Source: a virus (taxonomy: Duplodnaviria > Caudoviricetes). Taken from it: 63,588 bases of DNA. Position 1 is the first letter of the stretch. The number at the start of each line of letters is the position of its first letter. The notes beneath the pieces were generated by a model that did no database searches, was not told the origin of the DNA, and saw only the letters and a program-made list of their open reading frames with translations. The DNA is taken from positions 1 to 63,588 of the IMG/VR virus record IMGVR_UViG_3300017700_001004. The stretch is one strand, 5' to 3'. Both the position numbers and the translations under genes were made by a program. Shown here piece after piece: positions 1-9,835 of the stretch.

Positions 1-301
1 CGATCGTGGTCGTGGCCGAGGCCGACTTGTTGGCCGAGCCGCCACCGTAGGTGTCGGACGAGCCGTCAGCGTTGGTCCGCGTGATCGAGGTCGGGATGCC
101 GCCGGCAATCGTCGCGCTCAGGTAGCCCGCGAGGGTCAGAGCGACGCAGATGACCGAGTAGGTCGTGCCGGTTGCGATGGAGCCGCCAGTCGTCGAGCTG
201 ACGAGCGACGGGGTCGGGGTCACGCCGAGGGCGAGGGTGCCGTTGCCGCCGAAGAGCAGCAGCTCCTCCTGCAGCATGAGCGCCTCGAGGCCGGTGCGGC
301 C
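1..301. repeat. Terminal overlap with 63288-63588 (first 103 bp identical, remainder about 88% identical)
   Basis: Direct base-by-base comparison of the two ends. Confidence 0.95.
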
Positions 302-718
302 AGCGACCGCGCGGACGTCGATGAGGTTCTGTGCAGCGTACTGCGCCTCGAAGTCGACGTTGGTCTCCAGGCCGATGCCCTTGTAGGCCGCAGTGTAGTC
401 AGCCGTGCTGACCGCCTGCACGCCACCGCGATTGCCGCCGGACACGCCGACCTGCATGTTGGTGGTGTTGACGCCCGTCACCGCGCGCCAGTTGGCCTGG
501 ATGCCGCCGCGACCCGACACGCGAGGGATCGCGTTGCGGAGCGGGGTGAGCACCGGATAGAGGAACTTCGCCCCGGCCTCGAGGTCGTAGAACGTCAGGC
601 CAGAGGTGGCCGACCCGCTCTGCGAGAAGGTGCTCTTCGCCAGAGCGTCCGGGAGGCGAGGATCAGGGATGCGCTCGGACTTGCGGAGGGCATCCATCAG
701 TTCTGCAATGTTGTCCAC
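1..718 (-). CDS. Major capsid protein, N-terminal part (continues at 63287->62524; about 493 aa in total)
   Basis: GTG at 718 after an AAAGGAAG RBS; reads MDNIAELMDALRKS..GLTFYDLEAGAKFLYPVLTPLRNAIPRVSG; in frame with ORF 62524..63564 across the end overlap; directly follows the protease gene. Confidence 0.85.
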   Translation of the reverse strand, partial: MDNIAELMDALRKSERIPDPRLPDALAKSTFSQSGSATSGLTFYDLEAGAKFLYPVLTPLRNAIPRVSGRGGIQANWRAVTGVNTTNMQVGVSGGNRGGVQAVSTADYTAAYKGIGLETNVDFEAQYAAQNLIDVRAVAGRTGLEALMLQEELLLFGGNGTLALGVTPTPSLVSSTTGGSIATGTTYSVICVALTLAGYLSATIAGGIPTSITRTNADGSSDTYGGGSANKSASATTTI

Positions 719-815
719 TTTGACTTCCTTTCTGTGGGCCGCGCCCACTCATATTCGTTTTCACTCGGGTGGCTCACGTCGCCGCTCGCCGGGGGGGGTG
801 GGCCGTCGCCGGTCC

Positions 816-2708
816 TTATCGCGTAACACCGTTCTCCTGCGCCGCACGAATGGCCGCGTCGGCGAGCATGGCCCGGCCCTCTGCGGTCTTCATCATGTCG
901 GACACCATCGTCTCGGCTGCTGCCTTGTCAACACGAACGGCACCCTCGGGGGCGCTGTCCGCAGTCTTCCCAACCACGCTGGTGCGCGGTGCCATCGGAG
1001 CAGGCGTCGCCTTGAGAGCAACGATCTCCTCCTTCATGGAGGTGATGGTCTTGGTGAGCTCACCAATTCCGTCGACAGCCTCCGTGACCTGAGTCTTCAG
1101 AACATCCCGCTCATCGAGCAGGCTCTTCAGCACAGGATCCGTCTCGGCCCGCTTTGCCAGCTTGGCCGCATCCTCGTCGCCGCACTCGGCTCCGAGCTCA
1201 ACACTGTTGTCGTGGATCTTCTGGATGCGCTCGGCATCCTTCCGGGCATTCCGGGCACCGACCTTCATCAGCTCGGTGTTGCCGAGGACGCCCTTGACGA
1301 AGTCGGCCGCAGCGCCCGCCTCGATGATGTCCACGATGATCTCGGCATTCGGATCCTCGGACACCATGTGCGCGAGGGCCTCGGCGATCTCCTCCTCGCA
1401 CAGGGCGAGGGTCGCGGCACCAAGGGCCTGAGCCGCATCGGCGAGCATCGAGGGAACAGACGAGCCGTCCTCCTCGTACTCCGCCTCCCACGCGGCCGAG
1501 CACTGGATGGAGATGACCGAGTCCAGAACGTCGAGCGCACGGCTCGCGGTCCAGAGGCCCTTCTCCACGAGAGCCTCGAGGGCTGCCTTGGCGACGGGCA
1601 GGCGATCGTCTGCCTCGAACTTGACCATGACGGGACCGCTCACCCCGCTCGCCGCAGCCTGAGCCGCCTTGAGGGCAGCCTGAACAGGCGAGAGCGGGGG
1701 GGCGTCCGTGTCGCCGACGATGTGAGCGACCGCGTCAGCGGCCTTGGCGAACTTCTGGCCGTCCGGGGTCAGCCACACCTGCACGAGGGAGTCGCGAGCG
1801 GCCTTCTTGGCCTTCTCCTTCTTCTCGGCATCGTCGGCCTCCTCGGTCTCCTCGTCGTTCTCCTCGTCGCCGTCGTCGGTGCCCTCGCCGTCGTCCTCCT
1901 CGTCGGCCTCGCTGCCGGCAGGATCCTTCGCGCCCTTCGCCTTATTGGCGTCGTCCGTGGCAGCCGCCACAGTCTCGGTGGACGCGTCGTCAGCCGGGGC
2001 GTCGGGCGCGGGGTCCGCCGCCGGGGCGTCGGCTCCAGCAGCGTGCTCCGCCTTCAGGGCCTGCGTCGCTGCCTCGATGTGATCGGCCCAGAGAGCAGGG
2101 GTGCCTGCTGCCTTGGCCATCGCGGTGGCACGAGCTGCCACCTCCTCATTGGTGGGCTCGTACATGGTTGTCTCCTTGGTGGTGTTGAACTTGCGCAGCT
2201 CCGTGCTGCCGTCTGCCTTGACGTACTCGAATGTTGCCGTGGGCAGACACGGCAGATCGACCAGACTGACCTCGACCGGGTCGGACGCATAGCGGGTCTT
2301 CTTCGGATCATCGGGATCCTTCCAGCGCTGGACGTAGCGCCCGCCCTGAGAGAAGCCGGTGTAGACCCCCTCGAGAACCTTCTGCCACTCGGTGTCGTCG
2401 ACGACCTTGCCGCAGATCATGACCGACTTGCTCTCGTCGTCGAGAACGAACTGGGTCAGCTTGCCTGCGGCGATCGGCTGGTGCATGGAGCGGAGGTTGC
2501 CCAGCGACTTGCCGCCGGACGTCTTCTCCGCGTTCGCGGACCACTGCTCGAAGTAGGGCTTCGACTTCTCGTAGTCCCAGATCTCTCCGGCGCTGTCCTC
2601 TGCCTCTGCCGTCATCTGACCATAGACGAGGCGCTGCTCCTCGTCGACCTTGGTGATCGGGATGAAGAGCCGACTCAGGGTCGGATCCGTGGCTGTCTTC
2701 TTGCTCAT
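816..2708 (-). CDS. Prohead protease (XkdF/HK97-like) fused to an acidic scaffold region
   Basis: LFIPITKVDEEQRLVYG, NLRSMH, YTGFSQGG and EVSLVDLPC motifs; acidic linker and C-terminal coiled coil; lies between portal and capsid. Confidence 0.85.
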   Translation of the reverse strand: MSKKTATDPTLSRLFIPITKVDEEQRLVYGQMTAEAEDSAGEIWDYEKSKPYFEQWSANAEKTSGGKSLGNLRSMHQPIAAGKLTQFVLDDESKSVMICGKVVDDTEWQKVLEGVYTGFSQGGRYVQRWKDPDDPKKTRYASDPVEVSLVDLPCLPTATFEYVKADGSTELRKFNTTKETTMYEPTNEEVAARATAMAKAAGTPALWADHIEAATQALKAEHAAGADAPAADPAPDAPADDASTETVAAATDDANKAKGAKDPAGSEADEEDDGEGTDDGDEENDEETEEADDAEKKEKAKKAARDSLVQVWLTPDGQKFAKAADAVAHIVGDTDAPPLSPVQAALKAAQAAASGVSGPVMVKFEADDRLPVAKAALEALVEKGLWTASRALDVLDSVISIQCSAAWEAEYEEDGSSVPSMLADAAQALGAATLALCEEEIAEALAHMVSEDPNAEIIVDIIEAGAAADFVKGVLGNTELMKVGARNARKDAERIQKIHDNSVELGAECGDEDAAKLAKRAETDPVLKSLLDERDVLKTQVTEAVDGIGELTKTITSMKEEIVALKATPAPMAPRTSVVGKTADSAPEGAVRVDKAAAETMVSDMMKTAEGRAMLADAAIRAAQENGVTR

Positions 2709-5152
2709 TCCTCTGTCTCCTCGACTGTTCCGTCCTCGCCCTCGACGATGGCGACAACGGCGCACTCGCAGTTCGGGTGGGCAGGGGTGTTGTCATCTCC
2801 GCTGGGGAAGTCGTCGTCAAGATCGATTGCACCGGCCTCGGCGTTCTCCTCGCACACGGGGCACGGGTCGGGTCCGAGGATCCACTGCTTCTTCAGCTCG
2901 ACCCCGTCGGCGCGGGCCTCCTGGTAGGAGACCATCGCGGAGTCGGAGTTGGCCATGGCGATCTCGGTCCGGCTGATCATCTCGGCCCGCTCGTCGGAGA
3001 AGGCGTAGCCCTCGACGAGTGCCTCGATGATGGCGTCGGAGCCGATGTTGTCGCGGAGACCACCGGAGATCGTGTCGCGGACCATGTCGCGGGTCGTCTG
3101 GTCGATGGCCCAGCGCGGATCGGGATTGTCGATGATGGTGCCGTCCTCGAGGACGCGCTTGCCAACGAGCTCGGCCGACCGCTCAGTGGCGTAGCTCACC
3201 GCCCGCTCGCTCACGCGGTCGAACAGATCCTCGCGGTCGAGGACGCCCAGCTGCCCGAGGACCACGCGCCCGGTGTCGAGGGCGATCGCCTCGAGGTCCG
3301 CGCGAGTGGCGTCGATCAGGGTGTCCATCTCCGAGAGATCGAGCTGCCCCATCAGTCGCGCGAGGAGGGCGTCGATCTCGTCGTCGGACATTGCCGACAG
3401 GTCAGGCTCGTCGGCCTTGCGGACACCGCTCTCGGTCAGGGCCGAGCGGACCTGCTCAGCGACCGATGCCCCGGTCGCCTCGAGGACGCCCGAGATGGTG
3501 TTCTGCAGCGAGCGACGGATGCGCTTCGCTGCGGGACGGAGGGGCGAGACGGGAGGCACGATCCGGCCAGCCTTTGCGAGGGAGGCGGACGACAGCTTCG
3601 CGGCATCACTCGCGACACTGCCGTCCTCTCCCCCCGCAGTCGCCGCCACTCCAGCGGAGGGCTTGTTCTCGTCGTCTTCCTCGTCCTCGGGGATCTCCTC
3701 GCCGTCGCCACCTGCGAAGGGCGCGAGGGCCGGGGGCGGGGGGAACGCGTCCTGCATCTTCTGCTTGAGCTCGATGGCCGCATCCACGGAGAGGGGCACG
3801 AACGTCCCATCGGCGGACCATGTCCCGAGCATGTCTGCCTCGGGCGACGGATCGGGGTCGAGGCCGAGGTCGTCGCGGATCTGGTTGATGGACTTGATCT
3901 TGCCAAGCTGGGCCGTGTGGATCTCGGACTGGACCTTGGGATCCAGCTCCTTGTCGTCGAGCCAGCTGAACTCGAGCTCTGTCTCTCCGAACTGGTCGAT
4001 GAGGATGCTGTCGATCATCCCCTTGATCCAGTTCATGATCGGCGCCATGCCGTCCGTGATCGCCTGCTCCTTGGCGGTGTCGGCGGTGGCCCGGTTGACC
4101 TCCTTGACGAGCGCCTGATGGCTGATCCCGAAGCAGAAGCAGATGACACGCGCCATCCACTCCTCGGCCGCACCGAAGATCTCGGCCTCCTTGGTGGGGA
4201 CGTAGGACTTGGCCACCTCGCCCGGCACGAAGCGAGCGGAGCGGCGCTCCTGGGTGTTGCCCTGGAGGAGGCTGTCGAACCAGTCCTGGAACTGCTTGAT
4301 CTGGTCCGGGGTCCACGTGCTCGGGACGCCGATGAGGCTGTCCGGAATGTTCCCGTGGGTGAAGTAGGCGAGCTGCCACATCTGCCGACGGAGGGCGATG
4401 TTGACGGTCATGATGACCTGCTCGACGGGCGAGAAGCCATAGAGCTTGTGCACGCGAAGGTTGCGCGGGCGGTAGATCAGGTCCGCCTTGCTGTAGTTCA
4501 CGGCGGGCAGGCCCTTGAGCACCTGCTGGTACGCGGCGAACGGCGGCTCGGGCGTCCGGCCCCCGTCGTCCACGATCCGCTTGATGGTCGCGCCGTCCAG
4601 CTGGTCGAGGGAGTAGACCTCGCCGCCGAGGGTCCGGCGGACATGGATCGTCGGCGCGTCGATGACGAGGAGATCCTCCATGACGTTCCGGATCCAGTCG
4701 CCCCAGAAGAGGTCGCGGTCGGGACGGCGGAACAGATCCTGGTACTTCTTCGCGCGCTCGGCGAGGTCGGTGTTCCTGTCCATCTTCATCTTCGGGTCGC
4801 GAGGCTGGAAGTTGAAGTTGAGACGAGCGAGCTGGTCCTTGCGGGTCTCGATCACGAGGCGCAGGAGGTCGTACCCATCCGAGAGGGCACGGAGCTCGCC
4901 AAAGCCGACAGGCTCGTACACCCGTGGGCGCTGGAGCATGTTGACGCCGACGGGATAGTCGAAGCGACGACCGGCAACATCCGCCGGGGCGCTGGGCGTG
5001 GGGATCTGGCCCGGACCGAACCAGCCCTCGACCTGTCCAGGCTCGGGCGGCGGTGCCTGAGCAGGGATCTCGAGAGGGACGACGGTCCCGCCCCCGGCGC
5101 GAGCGCGGTCCTGCCCTCCGAGTGCCTTGGCGATGGTGGAGATCAGGCCCAT
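2705..5152 (-). CDS. Portal protein fused to a C-terminal MuF/gp7-like head morphogenesis domain
   Basis: Portal motifs (LYGFSPVEQ, YFTHGNIP, SINQIRDDLGLDP) followed by RAEMISRTE..KKQW..CPVC..PAHPNCEC. Confidence 0.88.
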   Translation of the reverse strand: MGLISTIAKALGGQDRARAGGGTVVPLEIPAQAPPPEPGQVEGWFGPGQIPTPSAPADVAGRRFDYPVGVNMLQRPRVYEPVGFGELRALSDGYDLLRLVIETRKDQLARLNFNFQPRDPKMKMDRNTDLAERAKKYQDLFRRPDRDLFWGDWIRNVMEDLLVIDAPTIHVRRTLGGEVYSLDQLDGATIKRIVDDGGRTPEPPFAAYQQVLKGLPAVNYSKADLIYRPRNLRVHKLYGFSPVEQVIMTVNIALRRQMWQLAYFTHGNIPDSLIGVPSTWTPDQIKQFQDWFDSLLQGNTQERRSARFVPGEVAKSYVPTKEAEIFGAAEEWMARVICFCFGISHQALVKEVNRATADTAKEQAITDGMAPIMNWIKGMIDSILIDQFGETELEFSWLDDKELDPKVQSEIHTAQLGKIKSINQIRDDLGLDPDPSPEADMLGTWSADGTFVPLSVDAAIELKQKMQDAFPPPPALAPFAGGDGEEIPEDEEDDENKPSAGVAATAGGEDGSVASDAAKLSSASLAKAGRIVPPVSPLRPAAKRIRRSLQNTISGVLEATGASVAEQVRSALTESGVRKADEPDLSAMSDDEIDALLARLMGQLDLSEMDTLIDATRADLEAIALDTGRVVLGQLGVLDREDLFDRVSERAVSYATERSAELVGKRVLEDGTIIDNPDPRWAIDQTTRDMVRDTISGGLRDNIGSDAIIEALVEGYAFSDERAEMISRTEIAMANSDSAMVSYQEARADGVELKKQWILGPDPCPVCEENAEAGAIDLDDDFPSGDDNTPAHPNCECAVVAIVEGEDGTVEETEE

Positions 5153-6801
5153 TACTGCTCAGTCTCCTCTGCGGGCGCGTAGCCATTCTTGATCATGTGG
5201 ATCGCGTCCTCTGCGTGAACGAGCATGAGTCCGTCGGCCCCGACCGTGTACATGTGACCCTTGATGCCGAATGCGTTCGACGTCCCCTCGGGCGGCACCA
5301 GAGCGACCATCTCGCCCGTGTGGGCGGCGGTCAGGGCGGTGCCCTCGCGGGCCTCCAGTGCCCTCCTGTGGGCGTTCGACTGCTGGCGATAGTAGTCCTG
5401 GACATTGGTCCCGGCGTCGTCGTTGAGCATGAGGTGGGTCACTGCCCACACGAGTGCGTCCACGCGGTCCGGGCTGTAGCCCATCCGCTTCCGGTCGAAG
5501 TTCGAGGTGAACTCGCACATCTGGTCCTCGAGGGTGGCGTGGCATCCGCAGTGGGACACCCGGCCCTGCTCGTACAGGGCGCTCACCGGCTCGGCGCGCG
5601 TGACCTTGCCGCGCGATGCCCAGACTGCCTCAGTGGGCACGAAGTCCACCGACCGCTTGCCCTGCTCGCGCATGGAGCGCGCTGCGGACACGACGGTGTG
5701 GCGGACCATCTCGCCGCCCTGATTGGCCTCGTAGATGACGCGATCCGCGCGATGGTCGTCGTAGGCCATGACCACTGCCTCGCCCCACTCGGCGGGCGTG
5801 GCACCGGCCACGGTCATGTCGGCGAGGACATAGCCCCGCCCGTCGTCGCCGAGGCCAACGACCACGATCCCGACCTCGTCGCCAGTGTTGTCCGCAGTGG
5901 GGTCGTCCTCGCCGAGACCGCCCGATGCGGGATCGACGCCGACCACGATGCGCTGGAGGGAGACCACCTCGCCCGTGTCGAGCAGAATGGTCCCCCTGGA
6001 GGGACGCGCGAGGATGCGGGTCTCGTCGAGCTTGACCCGCTGCCAGAGCGCCCCCGGATTGTCGGTCAGGATCTCGGCGTTGAGCTCCTGGCGACCGAGG
6101 CGCGTTCCCTCGTACCGCTTCAGGATCTTCTGGACGAAGATCTTCGGCAGGTTGTCGAGGTTCGCGTATGTGGAGACCGTGTCGACCCACGTGGTGCTGT
6201 CGGCAACGATCTCCTTGAGACGCTTCAGGGGGCGTGGAGTTGTGGTCGCCACAATGCGCGGCATCTCGCCAAGACGGAGTCCCATGAGCAGGTTGTCGAG
6301 GGTGTCATCGAGATACCTCCATGCTGCAAGCTCGTCGCACCACGCCCGGTGGTGCTGCGGACCGCGAAGACGATCGGGCTCGTCTGCCGAGTAGCCCTGA
6401 TAGATCGTCCCGTTGGTGAGGGTCAGGACCATCTCGCCCCGGTTCCAGTTCGCGACGAGGTGCGGGGGGACGCGTGCCAGCAGGCCCGACTCGCCCTCGA
6501 AGCATGTCTTGCGGCAGTCGCTGTTGGTCGGGCCGACCACGGCATAGCGAATGCCCCGGTTGGTGTGTCCGTACCACCACGCGTCCTCGGCCCCGGCGCG
6601 GGTCTTGCCCGAGCCGCGACCGGCCATCATGAGCCAGAAGAACCAGCTCTCGTCGTCCTCGTCCGGCGGCATCTGGTCAGCGCGCCCGCTGGTGAGCCAG
6701 TCGAGGCGATAGGTGTACGCCTCGAGATCGCTCAGAGGGAGCTGCATGATCTCGCTCTGGACCTGCAGGTTGGAGATGAGAGAGGTTCCGAAGTTCGTCA
6801 C
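5152..6801 (-). CDS. terL: Terminase large subunit
   Basis: AGRGSGKT Walker A, LRGPQ..WCDE Walker B, TTTP coupling motif; nuclease VGVDPA..SPDRVDAL. Confidence 0.95.
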   Translation of the reverse strand: MTNFGTSLISNLQVQSEIMQLPLSDLEAYTYRLDWLTSGRADQMPPDEDDESWFFWLMMAGRGSGKTRAGAEDAWWYGHTNRGIRYAVVGPTNSDCRKTCFEGESGLLARVPPHLVANWNRGEMVLTLTNGTIYQGYSADEPDRLRGPQHHRAWCDELAAWRYLDDTLDNLLMGLRLGEMPRIVATTTPRPLKRLKEIVADSTTWVDTVSTYANLDNLPKIFVQKILKRYEGTRLGRQELNAEILTDNPGALWQRVKLDETRILARPSRGTILLDTGEVVSLQRIVVGVDPASGGLGEDDPTADNTGDEVGIVVVGLGDDGRGYVLADMTVAGATPAEWGEAVVMAYDDHRADRVIYEANQGGEMVRHTVVSAARSMREQGKRSVDFVPTEAVWASRGKVTRAEPVSALYEQGRVSHCGCHATLEDQMCEFTSNFDRKRMGYSPDRVDALVWAVTHLMLNDDAGTNVQDYYRQQSNAHRRALEAREGTALTAAHTGEMVALVPPEGTSNAFGIKGHMYTVGADGLMLVHAEDAIHMIKNGYAPAEETEQ

Positions 6802-7310
6802 TCGGCCTCCTCCGGTGCGCGGATCAGGGCGAGCAGCTCGAGCCTCTGGTCCTCGGAGAGGTGCCACGTGTAGAACTTGGCGTGCACCATGTCCGGTGCA
6901 TCGCCCATCGTGGGACGACTGTAGTGGTTGCGGATGCGCTCGAGCATGGTCGGGCGACCGAGGCGCTCCGGCATGTCGTGCTCCGCAAGGAGGCGGGCGA
7001 TCACCCCCTTGGGGGTCGCCCGGACAGGGAACACGCGTCCGGAGCTGGAGCCGATGCGGCAGGTCTGCCCGGCGATGGGGTTGGGGACGCGGACATAGAA
7101 CTTGTAGTTCTTGGTCGTTCCCTCGAGACGCGCCCGGCCCTCGCGCACGAAGGAGATGAGGTCCTCTGGGTGCATGCTCCCGCAGTAGCTGCAGGTGCGG
7201 AATGTGTTCCTGTACGGTCCGCCATCGTACGGACGGACCTCCCAGCGGCACTTGTGCTCGAGCTGGACGGCCATGGTCGCGTTGCGCTGGCTGGGGCAGG
7301 GCATGGTCAT
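6798..7310 (-). CDS. Hypothetical protein with a CSYC motif
   Basis: 4-bp overlaps with both neighbours. Confidence 0.55.
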   Translation of the reverse strand: MTMPCPSQRNATMAVQLEHKCRWEVRPYDGGPYRNTFRTCSYCGSMHPEDLISFVREGRARLEGTTKNYKFYVRVPNPIAGQTCRIGSSSGRVFPVRATPKGVIARLLAEHDMPERLGRPTMLERIRNHYSRPTMGDAPDMVHAKFYTWHLSEDQRLELLALIRAPEEAE

Positions 7311-7765
7311 GCCTCGTCTCCCTCGGCCGGAGGAGGAGGAGCGTTCTTGCGCGGGGCCTTCTCCTTCTTGGCCTTGGCGGCCATCTCGAGGAGGCCGACG
7401 AGGCGCTCGCTCAGCTCGCGGCGCTGCTCCAGTGTCTCGAGTGCCTCGGGATCTGCCGTGACCTCGACGCTCTTGAGCTTGGGCCGGACATACTGGGCGA
7501 CCTCCGCGTTGCATCGGATGCGGTTCTCGATGGTGGAGCGGCGGTCAACGGCCACGAGCGCAAGGGCCACGACCGGGTCGTAGTCCTCGACGATCTGCTG
7601 TCGCTGTTCCGGGGGGACGCCGTCTGCCTCGTCCTGGCGCATCCGCAGCTCGGTGAACTCGTGCACCTTCTCCTGCAGGAGGGCGCGCAGCTCTGCCTTG
7701 TCCCTGTTCGGGATACCGGCAGGACGGCCCGGTGTGCCCTTCCTCGAAGCAGCTGCAGAAGACAC
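7307..7765 (-). CDS. Probable terminase small subunit
   Basis: N-terminal GRPAGIPNR motif, AQYVRPKLKSVE C-terminal motif, upstream of terL. Confidence 0.65.
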   Translation of the reverse strand: MSSAAASRKGTPGRPAGIPNRDKAELRALLQEKVHEFTELRMRQDEADGVPPEQRQQIVEDYDPVVALALVAVDRRSTIENRIRCNAEVAQYVRPKLKSVEVTADPEALETLEQRRELSERLVGLLEMAAKAKKEKAPRKNAPPPPAEGDEA

Positions 7766-7924
7766 CGTGTCGAAAAACCCCCGTCCGTCAGACCTGGAGA
7801 CACATCGACCCGACCCCACGTCAGAGAGGATGACTCCCAGCGACCCAAACCATATGGGCCTGAACCACGGACCCACAGTACCGCGCACCACGCTCGAAGT
7901 AAAGCGATATCTTCGTCCCCCCGC

Positions 7925-8228
7925 ACACGCTTCTAAAGTCCACATTGACTTGACAGCTCACCACTATTGCTTCCCGACCATCACTATTGACTGGATATTG
8001 AACTCCAGCGCCTCTTCAATAGCCTCTTTACCGTGGTTTTCCGGGGACTTACACCTCGCACTATTGAAACTATTGATCTCAGACGCTCGAAAAACCACAC
8101 CACACCGCCCCCTACGCGGGCGCGCGTAAGGGACCGATAGGACACGACAAAAACCCCGGTGGACCGAGGGCTTAGAGCCTATTGAACAGGACTGTGGCTT
8201 CAATAGCGATCAATATCGCCAATATCGC
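7925..8228. repeat. AT-richer noncoding element A with about 10 CTATTG(AA)/(TT)CAATAG repeats; candidate origin or pac region
   Basis: Copies at about 7964, 7984, 7995, 8015, 8061, 8070, 8179, 8199, 8210, 8220; GC palindrome near 8111-8131. Confidence 0.7.
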
Positions 8229-8416
8229 CGGGGCGACTAAGGGAGCCGGAGAGACGGGAAACCCGCCGAGGAGACACGCCCCTCCGACTCCCAGTGACCG
8301 AGGTCACCGCCGACGCAGGAGCTGGGCTCAACCGCGTCAGCCCCCTGGATACCTCGGCCCACGCCCCACGTAAAGCCCCCGGCGCGTTGTTTTTAATCAG
8401 CCCATCACAAGGGGGC

Positions 8417-8445
8417 TTTACACGCAGAATCACTGCCCCTATGGT
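8417..8445 (+). promoter_or_regulatory. Sigma70-like early promoter TTTACA-17-TATGGT
   Basis: Same motif and 17-bp spacing recur at several sites. Confidence 0.75.
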
Positions 8446-8505
8446 GGCGCCTGCCGAGACCACGGTCCGCCGACCGATGGCCGATCTGCAGAAGGGGAAC
8501 CCGCC

Positions 8506-9024
8506 ATGATACATCCGAGATACCACGACGCATTCCGCAGCCTCACGACCGACGAGGTCGATGCCTGCATCATGGGCCTCATGCCCGCCCATCCCGACCT
8601 CGCCGACCTCGAGGACTTCGACGGAGAGCAGCTGCTCCAGTACTGCCTGAGCGAGCACATCTCGCAGGCCGAGGTCGTCATGGGGATGTGGAGGTCCACC
8701 GACCCCGTCGCCATCAGCGCCACCGAGCGCCTCATCATGAAGCCCATCGACCGCCGCACCCCGACCGAGATCTGGGAGGCCGAGAGGGCCGCTCGTCCCG
8801 TCGTCGCCACGATCCACCCACGCGAGGTGCTCGTCGACAGTCGCATCATCCGCGTCCTCGCGACCGAGTGCCCCAAGCGGGCGGGCACCAAGAGTGCCGA
8901 CCTGTGGCGTCTCTACAGGGACGGACAGACCGTCGCCGCCTACCTCGCCTCGGGCGGCACCCGCGCCGCGCTCCAGTGGGACCAGGAGCGGGGCTTCATC
9001 CGCATCGTCGACGAGGAGTCGTGA
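8506..9024 (+). CDS. Hypothetical protein with C-terminal 'NPKR.GS' domain (paralog 1)
   Basis: CPKRAGTKSADLWRLYRDGQTV..LQWDQERGFI aligns with the genes at 24276 and 33320. Confidence 0.75.
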   Translation: MIHPRYHDAFRSLTTDEVDACIMGLMPAHPDLADLEDFDGEQLLQYCLSEHISQAEVVMGMWRSTDPVAISATERLIMKPIDRRTPTEIWEAERAARPVVATIHPREVLVDSRIIRVLATECPKRAGTKSADLWRLYRDGQTVAAYLASGGTRAALQWDQERGFIRIVDEES

Positions 9025-9215
9025 CCACCCCTCCTCCGGGCCACCACCTCTTGGTCTTCCCGTCGGGCGAGGCCACCCTCCTCCGCGACTATCGTCTCCT
9101 GGACCTCGCCACGGGCCTCGTCCAGGGCACCATCGTCCGCGAGGCCCGCACGGTGGCCGAGCTCGAGGCGTGGCTCCGGCGCGAGCCACTAGCGCCTCCG
9201 CACGGCTCACGCTAA
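9021..9215 (+). CDS. Hypothetical protein
   Basis: GTGA overlap with previous stop; GAGGAG RBS. Confidence 0.55.
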   Translation: MTTPPPGHHLLVFPSGEATLLRDYRLLDLATGLVQGTIVREARTVAELEAWLRREPLAPPHGSR

Positions 9216-9243
9216 GGTGGATCGACACGCCGAGGGAGCCACC

Positions 9244-9363
9244 ATGACACGACCACCGCCGCCGCGACCACGCATCGACTGGTTCCGCACCATCTTCTGG
9301 ATCTGCACGATCGCGGCACTCGCCGCCTTCTGGACCGCAGTTGGCCGGGCGGTGCTCTCGTGA
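9244..9363 (+). CDS. Small single-TM membrane protein
   Basis: MTRPPPPRPRIDWFRTIFWICTIAALAAFW; GAGGGAG RBS. Confidence 0.5.
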   Translation: MTRPPPPRPRIDWFRTIFWICTIAALAAFWTAVGRAVLS

Positions 9364-9458
9364 TGGCGCTGGCCTCCCTCCACCCCGCCGCTCAGGTGGC
9401 CGTGGTCGTCATGGTCGGCCTCGTCGTCCTCTCCCTCATCGCGAGGGTCCGTCGGTGA
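9363..9458 (+). CDS. Small single-TM membrane protein
   Basis: TGATG coupling at both ends; hydrophobic VAVVVMVGLVVLSLI. Confidence 0.45.
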   Translation: MALASLHPAAQVAVVVMVGLVVLSLIARVRR

Positions 9459-9835
9459 TGTGGATGGACGCCACCAATGCCGTCTTCGAGACGATCGGCG
9501 CTCTCGTCGTCCTCCTCAACGTCCGCGCCCTCCTCCGCGACCGCCGCATCGCCGGGGTCCACTGGGCACCGACCGTCTTCTTCACCACGTGGGGCATCTG
9601 GAATGTCCTCTACTATCCGGCCCTCGGCCAGTGGGCGTCAGCCGCCGCCGGTGTCCTCCTCGCCCTCGCCAACATCGCGTGGCTCGTCCTCGTGTGGCGC
9701 TTCCGCCCGCGCCCCGTCCGTGTCCCCGTGACCCGGTGGCACTGTCGTCGGTGCGACGAGGAGGTCGACATGGAGGCGTTCCGGTGCTGCTGCGTGGAGT
9801 CCCCCTCCCCGTGGGAGCCGGTCGTTGGCCGATGA
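9458..9835 (+). CDS. 3-TM PQ-loop/SemiSWEET-like membrane protein with a Cys-rich tail
   Basis: Three hydrophobic segments; ..IAGVHWAP..WGIWNVLYY.. pattern; C-terminal CRRC..CCC. Confidence 0.55.
   Translation: MWMDATNAVFETIGALVVLLNVRALLRDRRIAGVHWAPTVFFTTWGIWNVLYYPALGQWASAAAGVLLALANIAWLVLVWRFRPRPVRVPVTRWHCRRCDEEVDMEAFRCCCVESPSPWEPVVGR

Noticed and set aside
1-301. End duplication as a DGR template/variable repeat pair or a true terminal repeat
   Set aside because: Mismatches are mostly synonymous third-position changes rather than adenine-specific, no reverse transcriptase is present, and the overlap falls mid-gene
791-798. G8 tract between protease and capsid as a phase-variation site
   Set aside because: Intergenic, short, and with no evident promoter context
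606-6873. Long + strand ORFs (773, 801 and 606 aa)
   Set aside because: Antisense shadows of the protease, portal and terminase genes, expected in high-GC DNA; no motifs
7925-8228. CRISPR array or coding ORFs in element A
   Set aside because: Repeats are 6-8 bp, irregularly spaced and in both orientations; the ORFs lack codon bias and an RBS
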